Position numbers and translations under genes: made by a program. 64,000 nt of DNA, from NCBI GenBank assembly GCA_937958015.1, contig CALGOA010000021.1:1669-65668 (forward strand), read 5' to 3'. Position 1 is the first letter of the stretch. The number at the start of each line of letters is the position of its first letter. The notes beneath the pieces are model-generated. The model was not told where the DNA came from, searched no databases, and saw only the letters and a program-made list of their open reading frames with translations. This document shows positions 1 to 10,247 of the stretch, piece after piece. The DNA is from an uncultured Acidimicrobiales bacterium. Its GTDB lineage: Bacteria > Actinomycetota > Acidimicrobiia > Acidimicrobiales > SZUA-35.

Positions 1-510
1 GGGGTTACCGCCCCGCTCGGCGGCCAGAGCGAGCATCTCCTCGCGGCTGTACCCGCTGAGTTCGCCGAATCGGTCGAAGGAGCTGACGTCGAAGTAGACG
101 GCGCCTCCCGACTCGTAGGCGTGGCCGTTGTCGAGCACCATGGCGATGAAGCCTCGGATGTCGGCGATGGCTGAGGTGGCACGGGGTTCGCTGTAGGAGG
201 GCAACATCTCGAGGGCCTCCATGTCCGAGTCGAATCGTGCGGTTTCGGAGGCGGCGAGATCGAGGTAGTGAACGTCGAGTTCTCGGCTCTTGCGAAGAAG
301 GTCATCATCGACGTCGGTGACGTTGCGAACACATCGGGTTTCGTGGCCAAGATCGCGCAGCCGGCGCTGCAGCACGTCGTAGGTGATGTAGGTGGCGGCA
401 TGACCGAGGTGGGTGGCGTCGTACGGGGTGATTCCGCAGGTGTACATCGTCACCAGGTGACCGGGCTCAAACGGTACGACCTCGTTTCGGAAGGTGTCGT
501 AGAGCTTCAT
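1..510 (-). CDS. mshC: Cysteine:GlcN-Ins ligase (mycothiol ligase MshC, CysRS paralogue); runs off the left edge
   Basis: Not in the ORF track. Manual translation from ATG at 510 gives MKLYDTFRNEVVPFEPGHLVTMYTCGITPYDATHLGHAATYITYD...RNVTDVDD...AERGGNP. CGITPYDATHLGH and ERGGxP are MshC signatures. Confidence 0.85.
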   Translation of the reverse strand, partial: MKLYDTFRNEVVPFEPGHLVTMYTCGITPYDATHLGHAATYITYDVLQRRLRDLGHETRCVRNVTDVDDDLLRKSRELDVHYLDLAASETARFDSDMEALEMLPSYSEPRATSAIADIRGFIAMVLDNGHAYESGGAVYFDVSSFDRFGELSGYSREEMLALAAERGGNP

Positions 511-611
511 TGGGCCGGTGGGGGCGTCGGTCACCTGCTGGAGGATAGTCCTGTTCGCCTCGGTCGCACCGATCCGAGACGACCCGGAGTGACCGTTGTT
601 CACATGGACTT

Positions 612-1394
612 CTACGCCCCGATGGCGTGGTATCCACCGTCCACGTGAATGACGCTGCCGGTCGTGTGGCTGAAGAGGTCGGTGAACAACGCCATCGTCG
701 ATTTGGCCACGCCGGAACTGTCGTTGACGTCCCAGCCCAACGGCGCCCGTTTGGTCCATTCGTCCTCGAACTTGGCGAACCCCGGAATCGATTTGGCGGC
801 GATCGTGCGCATCGGACCGGCGGCGACCAGGTTGCAGCGAATCCCCTTGGGGCCAAGTTCCTTTGCGAGGTATCGGTTGAGCGACTCCATCCCCGCTTTG
901 GCTACACCCATCCAGTTGTACGCCGGCCAGGCGACGGTGGCATCGAAGGTGAGCCCCACGATGCTGCCTCCGTTCGGCATCAGTTCGAGACCGATGTCGG
1001 CCATCGTCCGCAGCGAGTAGGTCGAGACATGGATCGCAGTTGCGACGTCATCCCATTGGGCGCCGAAGAAGTCATCACCCAGACACGCCTCGGGGGCAAA
1101 TCCGACCGCATGCAGAATGCCGTGGAGTTCACCGACCCCACCCTTCAGCTGCTCGATCAGTGACTCGACCTGTGCCGGATCGGTGACGTCGAGTTCGAGT
1201 ACCTCGGGAACCGGGTCGAGTTTGCGGGCGGTGCGATCGGTGAGGCGTTTGCCCCGCCCGAACCCGGTGAGGATCACGTTGGCGCCGTGGGCCTGTGCCT
1301 CTCGGGCGACGCCGAATGCCAGTGAGTCGTCGGTGAGGACGCCAGTGATCAGAATGTTCTTGCCGGAGAGCAGGCCCGCTGCGTTAGTGGTCAC
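612..1394 (-). CDS. fabI: Enoyl-ACP reductase FabI/InhA
   Basis: SDR fold with ITGVLTDDSLAF, AWPAYNWMGVAKAGMES and VAAGPMRT, typical of actinobacterial InhA. Confidence 0.93.
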   Translation of the reverse strand: MTTNAAGLLSGKNILITGVLTDDSLAFGVAREAQAHGANVILTGFGRGKRLTDRTARKLDPVPEVLELDVTDPAQVESLIEQLKGGVGELHGILHAVGFAPEACLGDDFFGAQWDDVATAIHVSTYSLRTMADIGLELMPNGGSIVGLTFDATVAWPAYNWMGVAKAGMESLNRYLAKELGPKGIRCNLVAAGPMRTIAAKSIPGFAKFEDEWTKRAPLGWDVNDSSGVAKSTMALFTDLFSHTTGSVIHVDGGYHAIGA

Positions 1395-1454
1395 GCCTGT
1401 CAGACTGCCATCCCGCCCGGAGTGTTACGTGCACCGACTCGATGTTGGGTCTTG

Positions 1455-2438
1455 TCAGCTGGCGCCCGAACAGACGTAGGCCACGCTGGGGTAGGGATTG
1501 GTGGCCGACCCACCGCCGGGGTGGATCTCCAGGTGCAGGTGAGGAATACCCGCGGCGTTGCCGGTGTCACCCACGTAACCGATCACGGTTCCAGCCTGAA
1601 CGTATCCGGACTGACCGTAGGCGGAGAGGTGGGTGCCGTAGTAGTAGTTTCCGTCGTCGCCGTTCAGGTGGAACGACAGACCGCCGACGCTGTTGCCGCG
1701 GTGGGAGACGGTGCCCGACACCGGAGCCACCAGCGGAACGCCGATGTTGGCCATCATGTCGACACCCTTGTGTCGGCGTCCACCCGATCGGGGGTATCCC
1801 CACGAGTCGATGAACGAGTGGGCTCCTGCAACCGGACAGGTGGTGAGTTCGACGAACGTGTGCCCCTGCGAGACGGCTCGTTCGGCTCGTTGACGAATCT
1901 CTTCCAGCCGAGCGGCCTCGATCGCTTCGAGTTCTTCCAGATCGGCCAGCAGCGCCTGGCGCAGCACCCCGACCTCTTCGACGGTGCGAGCCTGGACGGC
2001 CCTGCTCTCCTCGAGTGAGGAGGTGATCAGTTCGAGTTCGGCGACCGCAGCGCTGTACCGGTCGATGGCGTCGTCGTCCTTGCCGACCGCCGCATCCGAT
2101 AACCCTTCGGCCCGGACGCCCTCGGCCAGATCCTCGGATCGCAGCACGACCGGCGTCTTGTACGAGCGGGTGAATCCGACCACTGCGGTTTGGATGACCG
2201 AACTCTTGTGAACACTCACCTGGGCCTGCACTTCGCTGAGGCGTTCCTCGTTCAGCGCGATGTCGGCTTCGATCTCGTGGAGTTCGGACTCGAGATCGTG
2301 GTAGCGCCTGGTGAGATCGCCGACCTCTTCGCGAAGTTCATCGAGAGTGGTGATTCGACTGGACGCGTCGACCGGGGCCACCGCTCCAAAGAGGACAAGC
2401 ACCATCACGATGCGCGCCACAGTCTTCACTCCAAACAC
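1455..2438 (-). CDS. Secreted M23 metallopeptidase with coiled-coil N-terminus (murein hydrolase)
   Basis: Signal peptide, long coiled coil, HKGVD (HxxxD), YGTHL and HLHLE (HxH) motifs. Confidence 0.88.
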   Translation of the reverse strand: MFGVKTVARIVMVLVLFGAVAPVDASSRITTLDELREEVGDLTRRYHDLESELHEIEADIALNEERLSEVQAQVSVHKSSVIQTAVVGFTRSYKTPVVLRSEDLAEGVRAEGLSDAAVGKDDDAIDRYSAAVAELELITSSLEESRAVQARTVEEVGVLRQALLADLEELEAIEAARLEEIRQRAERAVSQGHTFVELTTCPVAGAHSFIDSWGYPRSGGRRHKGVDMMANIGVPLVAPVSGTVSHRGNSVGGLSFHLNGDDGNYYYGTHLSAYGQSGYVQAGTVIGYVGDTGNAAGIPHLHLEIHPGGGSATNPYPSVAYVCSGAS

Positions 2439-2556
2439 GGCCCGGAATCTAGCGGCTTTTGGCGGCCGTTGACCACCGAAGGTGAACAGGACTTCGGACC
2501 GCCTCCAAGGAACCTCTCACACTGACCACCCGGGTGACCACAAACAGTGGTTGACG

Positions 2557-3618
2557 TCACACCACCTCGGCGTCGTGGGATCCGTCCGAAGCCGACGACC
2601 TCGCCTCGGGAACCGGAACCAGCGCTCGCACCACCTCTTCGATCGAGGCCGATCCGATCGGCGAGCCGTCTTCGACCACCACGGCCAGCTGCTGACGGGC
2701 GCTGCGCATCAGGCGAAGCACCTCGATGAGCGGACGTTCACCGTTCACCCGCACCGTTGAACGGATCATCGAGTTGGGTATCGGCTGACCCAGTTGCTGC
2801 GACGACAGTCCCAGGAGGTCCTTGGCATGTACGTAGCCCTGGATCGGTCCGTTGGCACCGCGGGCCTGAACCAGAATTCGCGAATCACCCCGGTCCCGGA
2901 CCAGCCGGCGGGCCTGATTCCCGGTGGCGCCGATCCGCATGGTCGGCACCTGCTCCCACGGTCGAACGATGGCCCGAACCGGTTGCTGGGCGAAACTCAG
3001 CGCACCGGCGATGAGGCTGGCGTCATCGGATTCGAGGGCTCCATGTTCTTCAGAGCGCAAAACGATCGAGGAGAGTTCGGCCACCGAATGAGCGGCGACC
3101 AATTCGTCGCGAGGCTCGACGCCCAGCGCCCGACAACCAGCGTTGGCGATGGCGTTGAGCAACTTGACCACGGGACCGAACAGCCACAGGAACCCGGCGT
3201 AGATGTACACCAGCGCCCGCAGCGTCGGCCCCGGACGGGCGATGGCGATGTTCTTCGGCACCATCTCGCCAACTACGAGATGAAGGAACACGACGATGGT
3301 GAGCGCTATCACGAAACCGAGAATCAGCGAGAGGTCCTCGCTGAGGTACAGGTGGAGCCAGTCCTCGAGGGCGTGACCGATCGTGGGTTCCGCCAAGCTA
3401 CCGATACCGAGCGACGCCATGGTGATACCCAACTGCGCACCCGCGAGCTGTAGCGACACTTCGGAGAAGGCCTTCATGACGAACTGGGCCTTACGGTTGC
3501 CCTCGGCCGCCGCGGCCTCGAACTCGCTCTTCTTGGCGACGATAATCGCGAACTCGTATGCCACGAAGATCGCGTTTGCGATGAGCAGAATCAGCGCCAC
3601 ACCCAACTGCCAACCCAT
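2557..3618 (-). CDS. DUF21 (CNNM)/CBS domain membrane protein, hemolysin family
   Basis: ANAIFVAYEFA, AQLGIT, VVGEMVPKN and a CBS pair; coupled to the upstream paralogue. Confidence 0.88.
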   Translation of the reverse strand: MGWQLGVALILLIANAIFVAYEFAIIVAKKSEFEAAAAEGNRKAQFVMKAFSEVSLQLAGAQLGITMASLGIGSLAEPTIGHALEDWLHLYLSEDLSLILGFVIALTIVVFLHLVVGEMVPKNIAIARPGPTLRALVYIYAGFLWLFGPVVKLLNAIANAGCRALGVEPRDELVAAHSVAELSSIVLRSEEHGALESDDASLIAGALSFAQQPVRAIVRPWEQVPTMRIGATGNQARRLVRDRGDSRILVQARGANGPIQGYVHAKDLLGLSSQQLGQPIPNSMIRSTVRVNGERPLIEVLRLMRSARQQLAVVVEDGSPIGSASIEEVVRALVPVPEARSSASDGSHDAEVV

Positions 3619-4874
3619 CAGGAGTCACCCCCCGACGGGGCGGTCACCACGAGCGACGCCACCCGGCGGCGGTCCATCTCGGCGATCTCCAGCCGCCACT
3701 CGCGGTAGATCACGAAATCGCCCTCGTGAGGGATTCGCCCGAACTCGGACAGGAAGAACCCGGCGACGGTTTCGTAGTCACCGTCGGGGAGTTCCAACCC
3801 GCAGACCTCTTCCAGCTCGCTCCAGCCCAAGGCACCCGAGATCAGGTACACACCCTCGGCCTGATCGACCATCAGCAACTCGGCTGCGTCGTACTCATCG
3901 TCGATTTCGCCCGCTATCTCCTCAAGGGCATCTTCGAGGGTCAGGATCCCCTCGGTGCCTCCGTGTTCGTCGATCACCACGAGGAGTTGGGTGTCGTGCT
4001 CGGTCATGTCGGCCAGCACGTCGAGCAACTCGCGGGTTTCGGGCACGACGACCGGTTCAACCATGACGTCACGCACCAGCGTGGTCCCGCGGGCTGACTC
4101 GGGCAGGTCGAAGGCGGCGGTGACCTCAACGATTCCGCGGATGTCATCGATGCCATCGCCAAACACCGGATAGCGGGAGTGCCCGGACCGCTTCACGATC
4201 GACACGAGGTCCTCGATCGTGGCGTCCAGCTCGAGGGCATCGATCTGACCTCGGGGCCGCAGGGCATCGGCGGCAGTCTTCTCAGCGAACCGGATCGTTC
4301 GAGACAGCAACGCCTGAATGTCGGGCTCGAGGGCCCCGTCTGCGCCCGAGACCCGGATCAAATAGTCGAGTTCGTCGATCGATGCGATGGACTCGATCTC
4401 CTCGGTCGGTTCGATGCCGATCGCCCGGACCGCCCAGTTCGCCGCACCGTTGAAGAGCCGGATGATCGGGCCGAGCACGCCGTGAACCACGTTGGCAGCC
4501 GGCGCAAGGAGCATCGCCGACGGCTCGGGTCGGGAGACGGCGAGGTTCTTGGGGATCAGTTCGCCGACCACCATCTGGAACACGGTTGCGACCGCGAGGG
4601 CCATGATCGTGAAGAATCCCGATCCATCGATCATCTGGTCGGTCACGAAACCGAGCACGAGGCTGGAGATGGTGATCCCCAGCTGAGCGCCGGAGAGGTG
4701 AAACGACATCTTTTTGAGGGCGCCCACCGCTGCTCTGGCCGGCCGTTTGCCCTGGGCGGCAAGAGCCTCCAGCTTGTTCCGATCCGATGCGACCAGAGCG
4801 AACTCCACGGCGACGAAAAAGGCGTTGGCCGCAATGAGAAGAGCCGAGACTGCCAGCCCGAGGTAGATGTTCAT
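3618..4874 (-). CDS. DUF21/CBS/CorC_HlyC hemolysin-family protein
   Basis: ANAFFVAVEFA, AQLGIT, GELIPKN, GHSRYPV, VIDEHGGTEGILTLED and YETVAGF (CorC domain). Confidence 0.9.
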   Translation of the reverse strand: MNIYLGLAVSALLIAANAFFVAVEFALVASDRNKLEALAAQGKRPARAAVGALKKMSFHLSGAQLGITISSLVLGFVTDQMIDGSGFFTIMALAVATVFQMVVGELIPKNLAVSRPEPSAMLLAPAANVVHGVLGPIIRLFNGAANWAVRAIGIEPTEEIESIASIDELDYLIRVSGADGALEPDIQALLSRTIRFAEKTAADALRPRGQIDALELDATIEDLVSIVKRSGHSRYPVFGDGIDDIRGIVEVTAAFDLPESARGTTLVRDVMVEPVVVPETRELLDVLADMTEHDTQLLVVIDEHGGTEGILTLEDALEEIAGEIDDEYDAAELLMVDQAEGVYLISGALGWSELEEVCGLELPDGDYETVAGFFLSEFGRIPHEGDFVIYREWRLEIAEMDRRRVASLVVTAPSGGDS

Positions 4875-4917
4875 ATGATCGGACCGATTCTAGACTCCGA
4901 CGGTCCGAGAGGCAGCC

Positions 4918-5718
4918 ATGACGAACAAAGAGCCGGTTCTCGATCTGGACCGAATCACGGTCATCCGAAACGGCAATCGACTGCTGTCCGAAGTGACCCT
5001 TCAGGTGATGCCGGGCGAGCACTGGATCGTGCTCGGCCCCAACGGATGCGGAAAGAGCACACTGCTCGGCGTCGCGAGCCTGGACCTGCATGCGAGCGAA
5101 GGGATCGCTCGCTTGCTGGGATCCGAACTCGGGCGTACCGACATCCGTCCGCTCCGCGGTTTGGTCGGTGTGTCGAGCGCCTCGTTGGCCACGCGACTTC
5201 GAGGAGAACTTCCGGGTCAGACCGTCGTGGTCTGCGGTCGTTATGGGGCACTGGAGCCGTGGTGGCACGAGTACACCGACCGCGATCGCGACCGAGCTGA
5301 TGAACTGATCGCATCGGTCGGCCTGAGCACGAGAGCGATCGACCAGCCGTTCTCATCGATGTCCTCGGGTGAACGTCAGCGGGTGCTTCTCGCCCGGGCG
5401 CTGTTCAACGACCCCGCGCTCCTGCTGCTCGACGAACCGAATGCGGGACTGGACCCCGGCGCTCGGGAGGCGCTCATCGACGTGCAACAGAATCTGGCCC
5501 GCAACCAGCCCGATCGGGCCTCGATCCTCGTGACTCATCATGTCGAGGACATTCCGGCGTCAGCCACTCACCTTCTGGCGCTACGCAATGCGTCGGTGGT
5601 GGCCAGCGGACCGATCGACCAGCTCCTGTCGGGCGAGTTGGTCAGCGAACTCTTCGACGTCGACTACGAACTCGATCACCGGAATGATCGGTGGCTGGCT
5701 CGACCCCGTCGGAGCTAA
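4918..5718 (+). CDS. ABC transporter ATP-binding protein (ModF/YlmA-like)
   Basis: Walker A GPNGCGKST, signature MSSGERQR, Walker B LLLDEP, H-loop VTHH. Confidence 0.88.
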   Translation: MTNKEPVLDLDRITVIRNGNRLLSEVTLQVMPGEHWIVLGPNGCGKSTLLGVASLDLHASEGIARLLGSELGRTDIRPLRGLVGVSSASLATRLRGELPGQTVVVCGRYGALEPWWHEYTDRDRDRADELIASVGLSTRAIDQPFSSMSSGERQRVLLARALFNDPALLLLDEPNAGLDPGAREALIDVQQNLARNQPDRASILVTHHVEDIPASATHLLALRNASVVASGPIDQLLSGELVSELFDVDYELDHRNDRWLARPRRS

Positions 5719-7352
5719 CGAGGAAGCACCCGACCCGAGGTTTGGATTCCGTCCGGCACCACCGGGGCGTCGGCCTCGGAACCATCAGCGACCGCGTCGT
5801 CGACTAGCGCATCGTCTGTCAGCGAATCGTCGTCCAGTGCGTCGGGAGCGGGGAGGGCGCCATCGACGCGCACCGGATCCTCGTCGGACTGCTGTTCGGT
5901 CTGGCCGGTCAGTCCGGCATCGACCTGGCCCTGGGTCAGCCCGTTGGGCAGCAGTCGGGTGCCGTCGGCGCCCAACTCGGCCGAGCTCTCGAGGCCGTCG
6001 GGTCGGATGCCGGCCTGATACCGGTCGCTCGCAGCCTGGAGGATGGGGAACGGATTCACCGGCCGGCCGCCGTCGGGATGCATCTGGAGGTGGAGGTGCG
6101 GCGGGGTGCTGATGGCGTTGCCGGTCTTGCCGACGTAGCCGATGAAGGAGCCAGCCAACACCTGATCGCCAACCTTGAGGTCCGGATTGAAGGCCATGAG
6201 GTGTGCGTAGTACCAGCGGGTTCCGCTGTTGCCGAGAATCCAGATCTTGAGACCGCCCAGCGTGCCAACCCCGATATCGGTGACGACTCCGCCTTCCGCG
6301 GCCACCAGCGTCTCACCCTCGGGTGCGAAGATGTCGATTCCCTCGTGCCAGTGTTCGTCGATGGAACCGGGCGCTCTCGGGTATCCCCAGCTGTTGATCA
6401 ACGGGAGCTCGTAGCGGCCGTCGATTGGCCACACCACATCTTCGATCCATGTTGCAGACCGGTTCTCCCAAGTGGCCCGCTCGAATTCGAGCCGCTCCAC
6501 CTCAGCCGCTGTCTCCTGTGCCTTTTCGTCGGCCTCGCGCAACCACCGGCGCACCGCAGCCATGCGGTCATACAGGTTCAGCGACTCCCGCTCAAGCTGC
6601 TCCCGAAGCCGGGTGTACTGATCGAGGAGGTCCTGGTCCAGCGCAAAAACTTCGCCGACGAGAAACTGCTGTTGTTGGTGGCGAAGGATCTCGTCGTGTT
6701 CAAGCGAGCCGGCGAGCTCGAACGAGTCGCCCTGTACGAAACTGGCCAGAGCTCGGCGACGCAACTGCTCCTCGGTTTCCTCCAGCAGCGCCAACGTCTC
6801 GACCGTCTCGGCCGAGAGTTCATCTCGTTCGATCATGAGGCGTTTATCGGTCAGCCGGAGGCTGCGAACCTCGGCCACGTTGGTCACATGCTCGGCCCGC
6901 GCTGCGTCGAGTTCTCGTTCGACCCGACGAAGTTCGCCCCGGTTGAGCGAGTCGGGCACGAACGCCGGCTGGTTGGCGTAGCGACCCCGCTTCTTCGGCG
7001 TGCACGGCTCGGCCTCCTCGCCCTCGGCCGCAGGTTCCTCCGGCTCGCAGGTTTCTTCGGCGTCGTCGGAATCGGTCGGCGCTGTCTCCGGCGACTCACC
7101 ATCGAGCGGTTCGTCGGGGGTGTTGGGGTCGAGTTCGTCGGACGCCCCCTCATTCACGAGCGGATCGCCCGGCACCGGAGTGACCGGCGGGGCTGGTTCT
7201 TCCGCCGGAGGTTCGGTCGTCGGCGGCTGTTCGTCCTGCGCAAAAGCGGGTGAGATCGAAACCGTCAGAACGACCGACAGCGCCATCAGTCCGGCGAGAA
7301 AAGTTCTCGCCGCGATCTCAAAACCAGTGCGGTGCCACAGCATCGGTTCCAA
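5715..7352 (-). CDS. Secreted M23 metallopeptidase with Pro/acidic linker and coiled coil
   Basis: Signal peptide ending AFA, HEGID, YYAHL and HLHLQ motifs. Confidence 0.86.
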   Translation of the reverse strand: MEPMLWHRTGFEIAARTFLAGLMALSVVLTVSISPAFAQDEQPPTTEPPAEEPAPPVTPVPGDPLVNEGASDELDPNTPDEPLDGESPETAPTDSDDAEETCEPEEPAAEGEEAEPCTPKKRGRYANQPAFVPDSLNRGELRRVERELDAARAEHVTNVAEVRSLRLTDKRLMIERDELSAETVETLALLEETEEQLRRRALASFVQGDSFELAGSLEHDEILRHQQQQFLVGEVFALDQDLLDQYTRLREQLERESLNLYDRMAAVRRWLREADEKAQETAAEVERLEFERATWENRSATWIEDVVWPIDGRYELPLINSWGYPRAPGSIDEHWHEGIDIFAPEGETLVAAEGGVVTDIGVGTLGGLKIWILGNSGTRWYYAHLMAFNPDLKVGDQVLAGSFIGYVGKTGNAISTPPHLHLQMHPDGGRPVNPFPILQAASDRYQAGIRPDGLESSAELGADGTRLLPNGLTQGQVDAGLTGQTEQQSDEDPVRVDGALPAPDALDDDSLTDDALVDDAVADGSEADAPVVPDGIQTSGRVLPR

Positions 7353-7378
7353 TCGGCACGAACCCCGACGGATTCAAC

Positions 7379-8185
7379 TCAATCCGGGTGGGTGATCGAA
7401 ACATCTCCATAGGTGATGGTGGATGTGGAACCATCGTCGCTCTCGACCACAAGAGCTCCATCATCGGCGATGCCGACGGCCCTCTCGAAGGAGGTATCGG
7501 TCCCGCTGTCGATTCGAACCCGGTGGCCCACCGTTTCGCAATGCACTCGGTAGCTCTCGACGAGGCCCGGAGCATCTTCCACCAGACGTCGTGTCCATCG
7601 GTCGAACTCGACCAGCAGACATTCGAAGAGTTCCACGTTGCTCGGCACCCGGGTGCAGAGCTCCGACATCGAGACCGACGTCGATCTGACCAAAGGGTCG
7701 GCCGAAGCCACCGGATGCAGATTGATTCCGGCGCCAGCGACCACGGCGATCCGGTCAGAATCGGACAGGGGCACGGTCTCCACCAGGACTCCCGACAGCT
7801 TGAGAAACCAACTCTCGTCCGAGGCACCGGAGAAACGAGGGTTTTCCACCACGACGTCATTGGGCCACTTCAAACGAATCGTCCCCGGGTCATCCACCCA
7901 TCGCTCGCAGGCGGCGTGAACGGCCAACCCCACCGCCAGAGGCATTAGCGGAAGCGACGGGTGGCCGGGATCCCAGTCCTGCCGGATCGATCCGAGCATC
8001 GAGCGGACACCGCCGCCGTCGGGACGATCGTTGTGCCAGGCCCGGCCCATCCGGCCTCGACCGGAGACCTGATGATCGGTCAAGAGTGCCGCCGGCGAGA
8101 GTGCACCGGAACGGGCGGCGTCCAGCAAATCCTGGTTTGTGCTTCCGGTCTCGGCGACCCGGAGAAACTTCTGTTCTGAATTCAT
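7379..8185 (-). CDS. birA: Biotin--[acetyl-CoA carboxylase] ligase
   Basis: TGSTN, QVSGRGRMGRAW, LKWPND and KLSGVLVE motifs; start trimmed to ATG 8185; divergent from the biotin carboxylase. Confidence 0.9.
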   Translation of the reverse strand: MNSEQKFLRVAETGSTNQDLLDAARSGALSPAALLTDHQVSGRGRMGRAWHNDRPDGGGVRSMLGSIRQDWDPGHPSLPLMPLAVGLAVHAACERWVDDPGTIRLKWPNDVVVENPRFSGASDESWFLKLSGVLVETVPLSDSDRIAVVAGAGINLHPVASADPLVRSTSVSMSELCTRVPSNVELFECLLVEFDRWTRRLVEDAPGLVESYRVHCETVGHRVRIDSGTDTSFERAVGIADDGALVVESDDGSTSTITYGDVSITHPD

Positions 8186-8231
8186 GGTCCGGTACTTTGC
8201 ATTTCGGTGCGAAGCGACTAACCATAGGTCC

Positions 8232-9989
8232 GTGTTCACAAAGGTCTTGATTGCCAACCGCGGAGAAATAGCAGTTCGAGTCATCCGAGCCTGCAGGGAA
8301 ATGGGTGTGAAAACGGTCGCGGTGTACTCCGAACTCGACCGTGACGCATTGCATGTTCGGCTGGCCGATGAAGCCTTTGCACTGGGCGGCCAGACAGCAG
8401 CCGAGAGTTACCTGAATACCGAGGCGATTCTTGATGCGATCGATCAGTCCGGGGCCGAAGCGGTCCACCCCGGCTACGGATTCTTCAGCGAGAACGCGGA
8501 CTTTGCACGTGCGATCGGCGAGCGCGGCGTAACGTTCATCGGCCCGCCCCCCGAGGCGATCGAAGTGATGGGCGACAAGATCAGTGCCCGTGCCGCCGCG
8601 GAAAAGGTCGACGTGCACGGCGTCCCCGGTTCCACGGACTTCCTCACATCGCCGGATCAGGTGACGGCGTTCGGCGACGAACATGGCTATCCAGTGGCGA
8701 TCAAGGCGGCCTATGGCGGCGGCGGCCGGGGCATGAAGGTCGTACACAGCGCCGGCGAAGCCGCCGACGCGCTGGAATCTGCTCAGCGGGAATCGCTCGC
8801 TTATTTCGGCCGGGACGAGTGTTATCTCGAGCGTTACCTGACCGCTCCCCGCCATATCGAAATTCAGGTCATGCTCGACCAACACGGCAACGGGTTGCAC
8901 CTGTCCCAACGCGACTGTTCCGCTCAACGGCGGCACCAGAAGCTCATCGAGGAAGCCCCTGCGCCGTCGCTCCCGACCGACATTGCCGAAGCCATGGGTG
9001 CCGATGCGGTGAAGGTGGCGCTCGGTTGTGATTACACCAACGCCGGAACGGTCGAGTTCCTGTACGAGAACGGCTCGTACTACTACCTCGAAATGAACAC
9101 CCGACTGCAGGTGGAACACCCGGTCACCGAGATGGTCACCGGCCTCGATCTGGTTCGTCTGCAGCTCATGGTGGCCGCCGGCGAGAAACTCCCCCTCACC
9201 CAGGACGAAGTGGAGATCCACGGGCACGCCATCGAGGTTCGAATCAACGCTGAGAATCCGGCCGAAGGCGCCTTCCTCCCTTCCCCCGGCCCGTTGACGT
9301 CGTTCGCCTTTCCCTCCGGCTACGGCACCCGATGGGATGGCGGCTACGAGGAGGGCGACGAGATCAGCCAGTTCTACGACAATCTCGTGGGCAAGCTGAT
9401 CTGCTGGGGTTCCGATCGTGACATTGCGATAGCCCGCACCATTCGAGCGTTGGAGGAGTTCCGGATCGAAGGCATCGCCACCACGATCCCGGCCGACCTC
9501 GCCATCCTCCGGCACCCGGACTTCGCCGCCGCCACGCATAGCACCAAGTGGGTCGAGGAGACGCTGGATCTCACCGGCGTCACCAGTGGCGCAGCTGCTC
9601 CCTCGAGCGACGATGATGACCCCAAGGTGAAACGTTCGGCCACCGTCGAGGTGAACGGCAAACGGTTCGACGTGAACATGTGGGTTCCCGAGAGCGAGAT
9701 CGGCTCGGCGCCCGCCGCGGCCAAGGCGAAACCCCGACGCAAGGGCGGTTCGGGAGCCGGGGCGGCAGCCGGTGGTTCGGGCACGATTACCGCGCCGATG
9801 CAGGGCACGATCGTGAAGGTCGTCGCCGAACAGGGAGCCGCAGTGGAGGTCGGCGACACGCTCGTCGTGTTGGAGGCGATGAAGATGGAGAACAACATCA
9901 CCGCCGACAAGAGCGGCACGCTCACCGAACTCGCCGTCGAAGCCGGTCAGGCCATCCAGACCGGCGACCTCATCGCCAAGATCGACTGA
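8232..9989 (+). CDS. Acetyl/propionyl-CoA carboxylase alpha subunit (biotin carboxylase + BCCP)
   Basis: KVLIANRGEIA, HPGYGF, GGGGRGM, EMNTRLQVEH and biotinylation site EAMKM; start trimmed to GTG 8232. Confidence 0.95.
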   Translation: MFTKVLIANRGEIAVRVIRACREMGVKTVAVYSELDRDALHVRLADEAFALGGQTAAESYLNTEAILDAIDQSGAEAVHPGYGFFSENADFARAIGERGVTFIGPPPEAIEVMGDKISARAAAEKVDVHGVPGSTDFLTSPDQVTAFGDEHGYPVAIKAAYGGGGRGMKVVHSAGEAADALESAQRESLAYFGRDECYLERYLTAPRHIEIQVMLDQHGNGLHLSQRDCSAQRRHQKLIEEAPAPSLPTDIAEAMGADAVKVALGCDYTNAGTVEFLYENGSYYYLEMNTRLQVEHPVTEMVTGLDLVRLQLMVAAGEKLPLTQDEVEIHGHAIEVRINAENPAEGAFLPSPGPLTSFAFPSGYGTRWDGGYEEGDEISQFYDNLVGKLICWGSDRDIAIARTIRALEEFRIEGIATTIPADLAILRHPDFAAATHSTKWVEETLDLTGVTSGAAAPSSDDDDPKVKRSATVEVNGKRFDVNMWVPESEIGSAPAAAKAKPRRKGGSGAGAAAGGSGTITAPMQGTIVKVVAEQGAAVEVGDTLVVLEAMKMENNITADKSGTLTELAVEAGQAIQTGDLIAKID

Positions 9990-10029
9990 TCACCGGCCAA
10001 CATTTCGCCACGAAATAGCGTCACACCAG

Positions 10030-10100
10030 CACAATCTCTCCAAAAATCGTTCGGCCAGCACACTCTTTGTGCTGGCGGACCGATTTTTGGGGGGAATGTG
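10030..10100. other. Long imperfect inverted repeat (terminator, or REP/MITE-like hairpin)
   Basis: Arms 10040-10062 (ccaaaaatcgttcggccagcaca) and 10068-10090 (tgtgctggcggaccgatttttgg) match at 21 of 23 positions; extendable with G-U pairs. Confidence 0.7.
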
Positions 10101-10247
10101 TTCGGGGGACGACAGATCGGGTGGGGGTCAGATCGGGCGAGGCAGATCGGACGAAGGTCACAGCGGGCCTCGGCCCCAACGGGCGGTGGGGGTGCCAGAC
10201 TTTAGACGTCGGTTGTCCGCCCGCGTCGATCGGCAGAGGAGAGAAAC

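Noticed and set aside
1..510. Cysteinyl-tRNA synthetase (cysS)
   Set aside because: CGITPYDATHLGHA and ERGGNP fit the paralogue MshC better than CysRS (CGPTVY..HIGN)
2439..2556. c-di-AMP (ydaO) riboswitch upstream of wall hydrolases (also checked 53400-53529 and 56218-56418)
   Set aside because: The conserved ydaO elements were not found by eye and the gaps are short
7890..9539. 549-aa antisense ORF (likewise 22627-24261, 51780-53363, 6078-7253, 40736-41947)
   Set aside because: Antisense shadows of well-supported genes, expected from codon bias in high-GC DNA; no motifs
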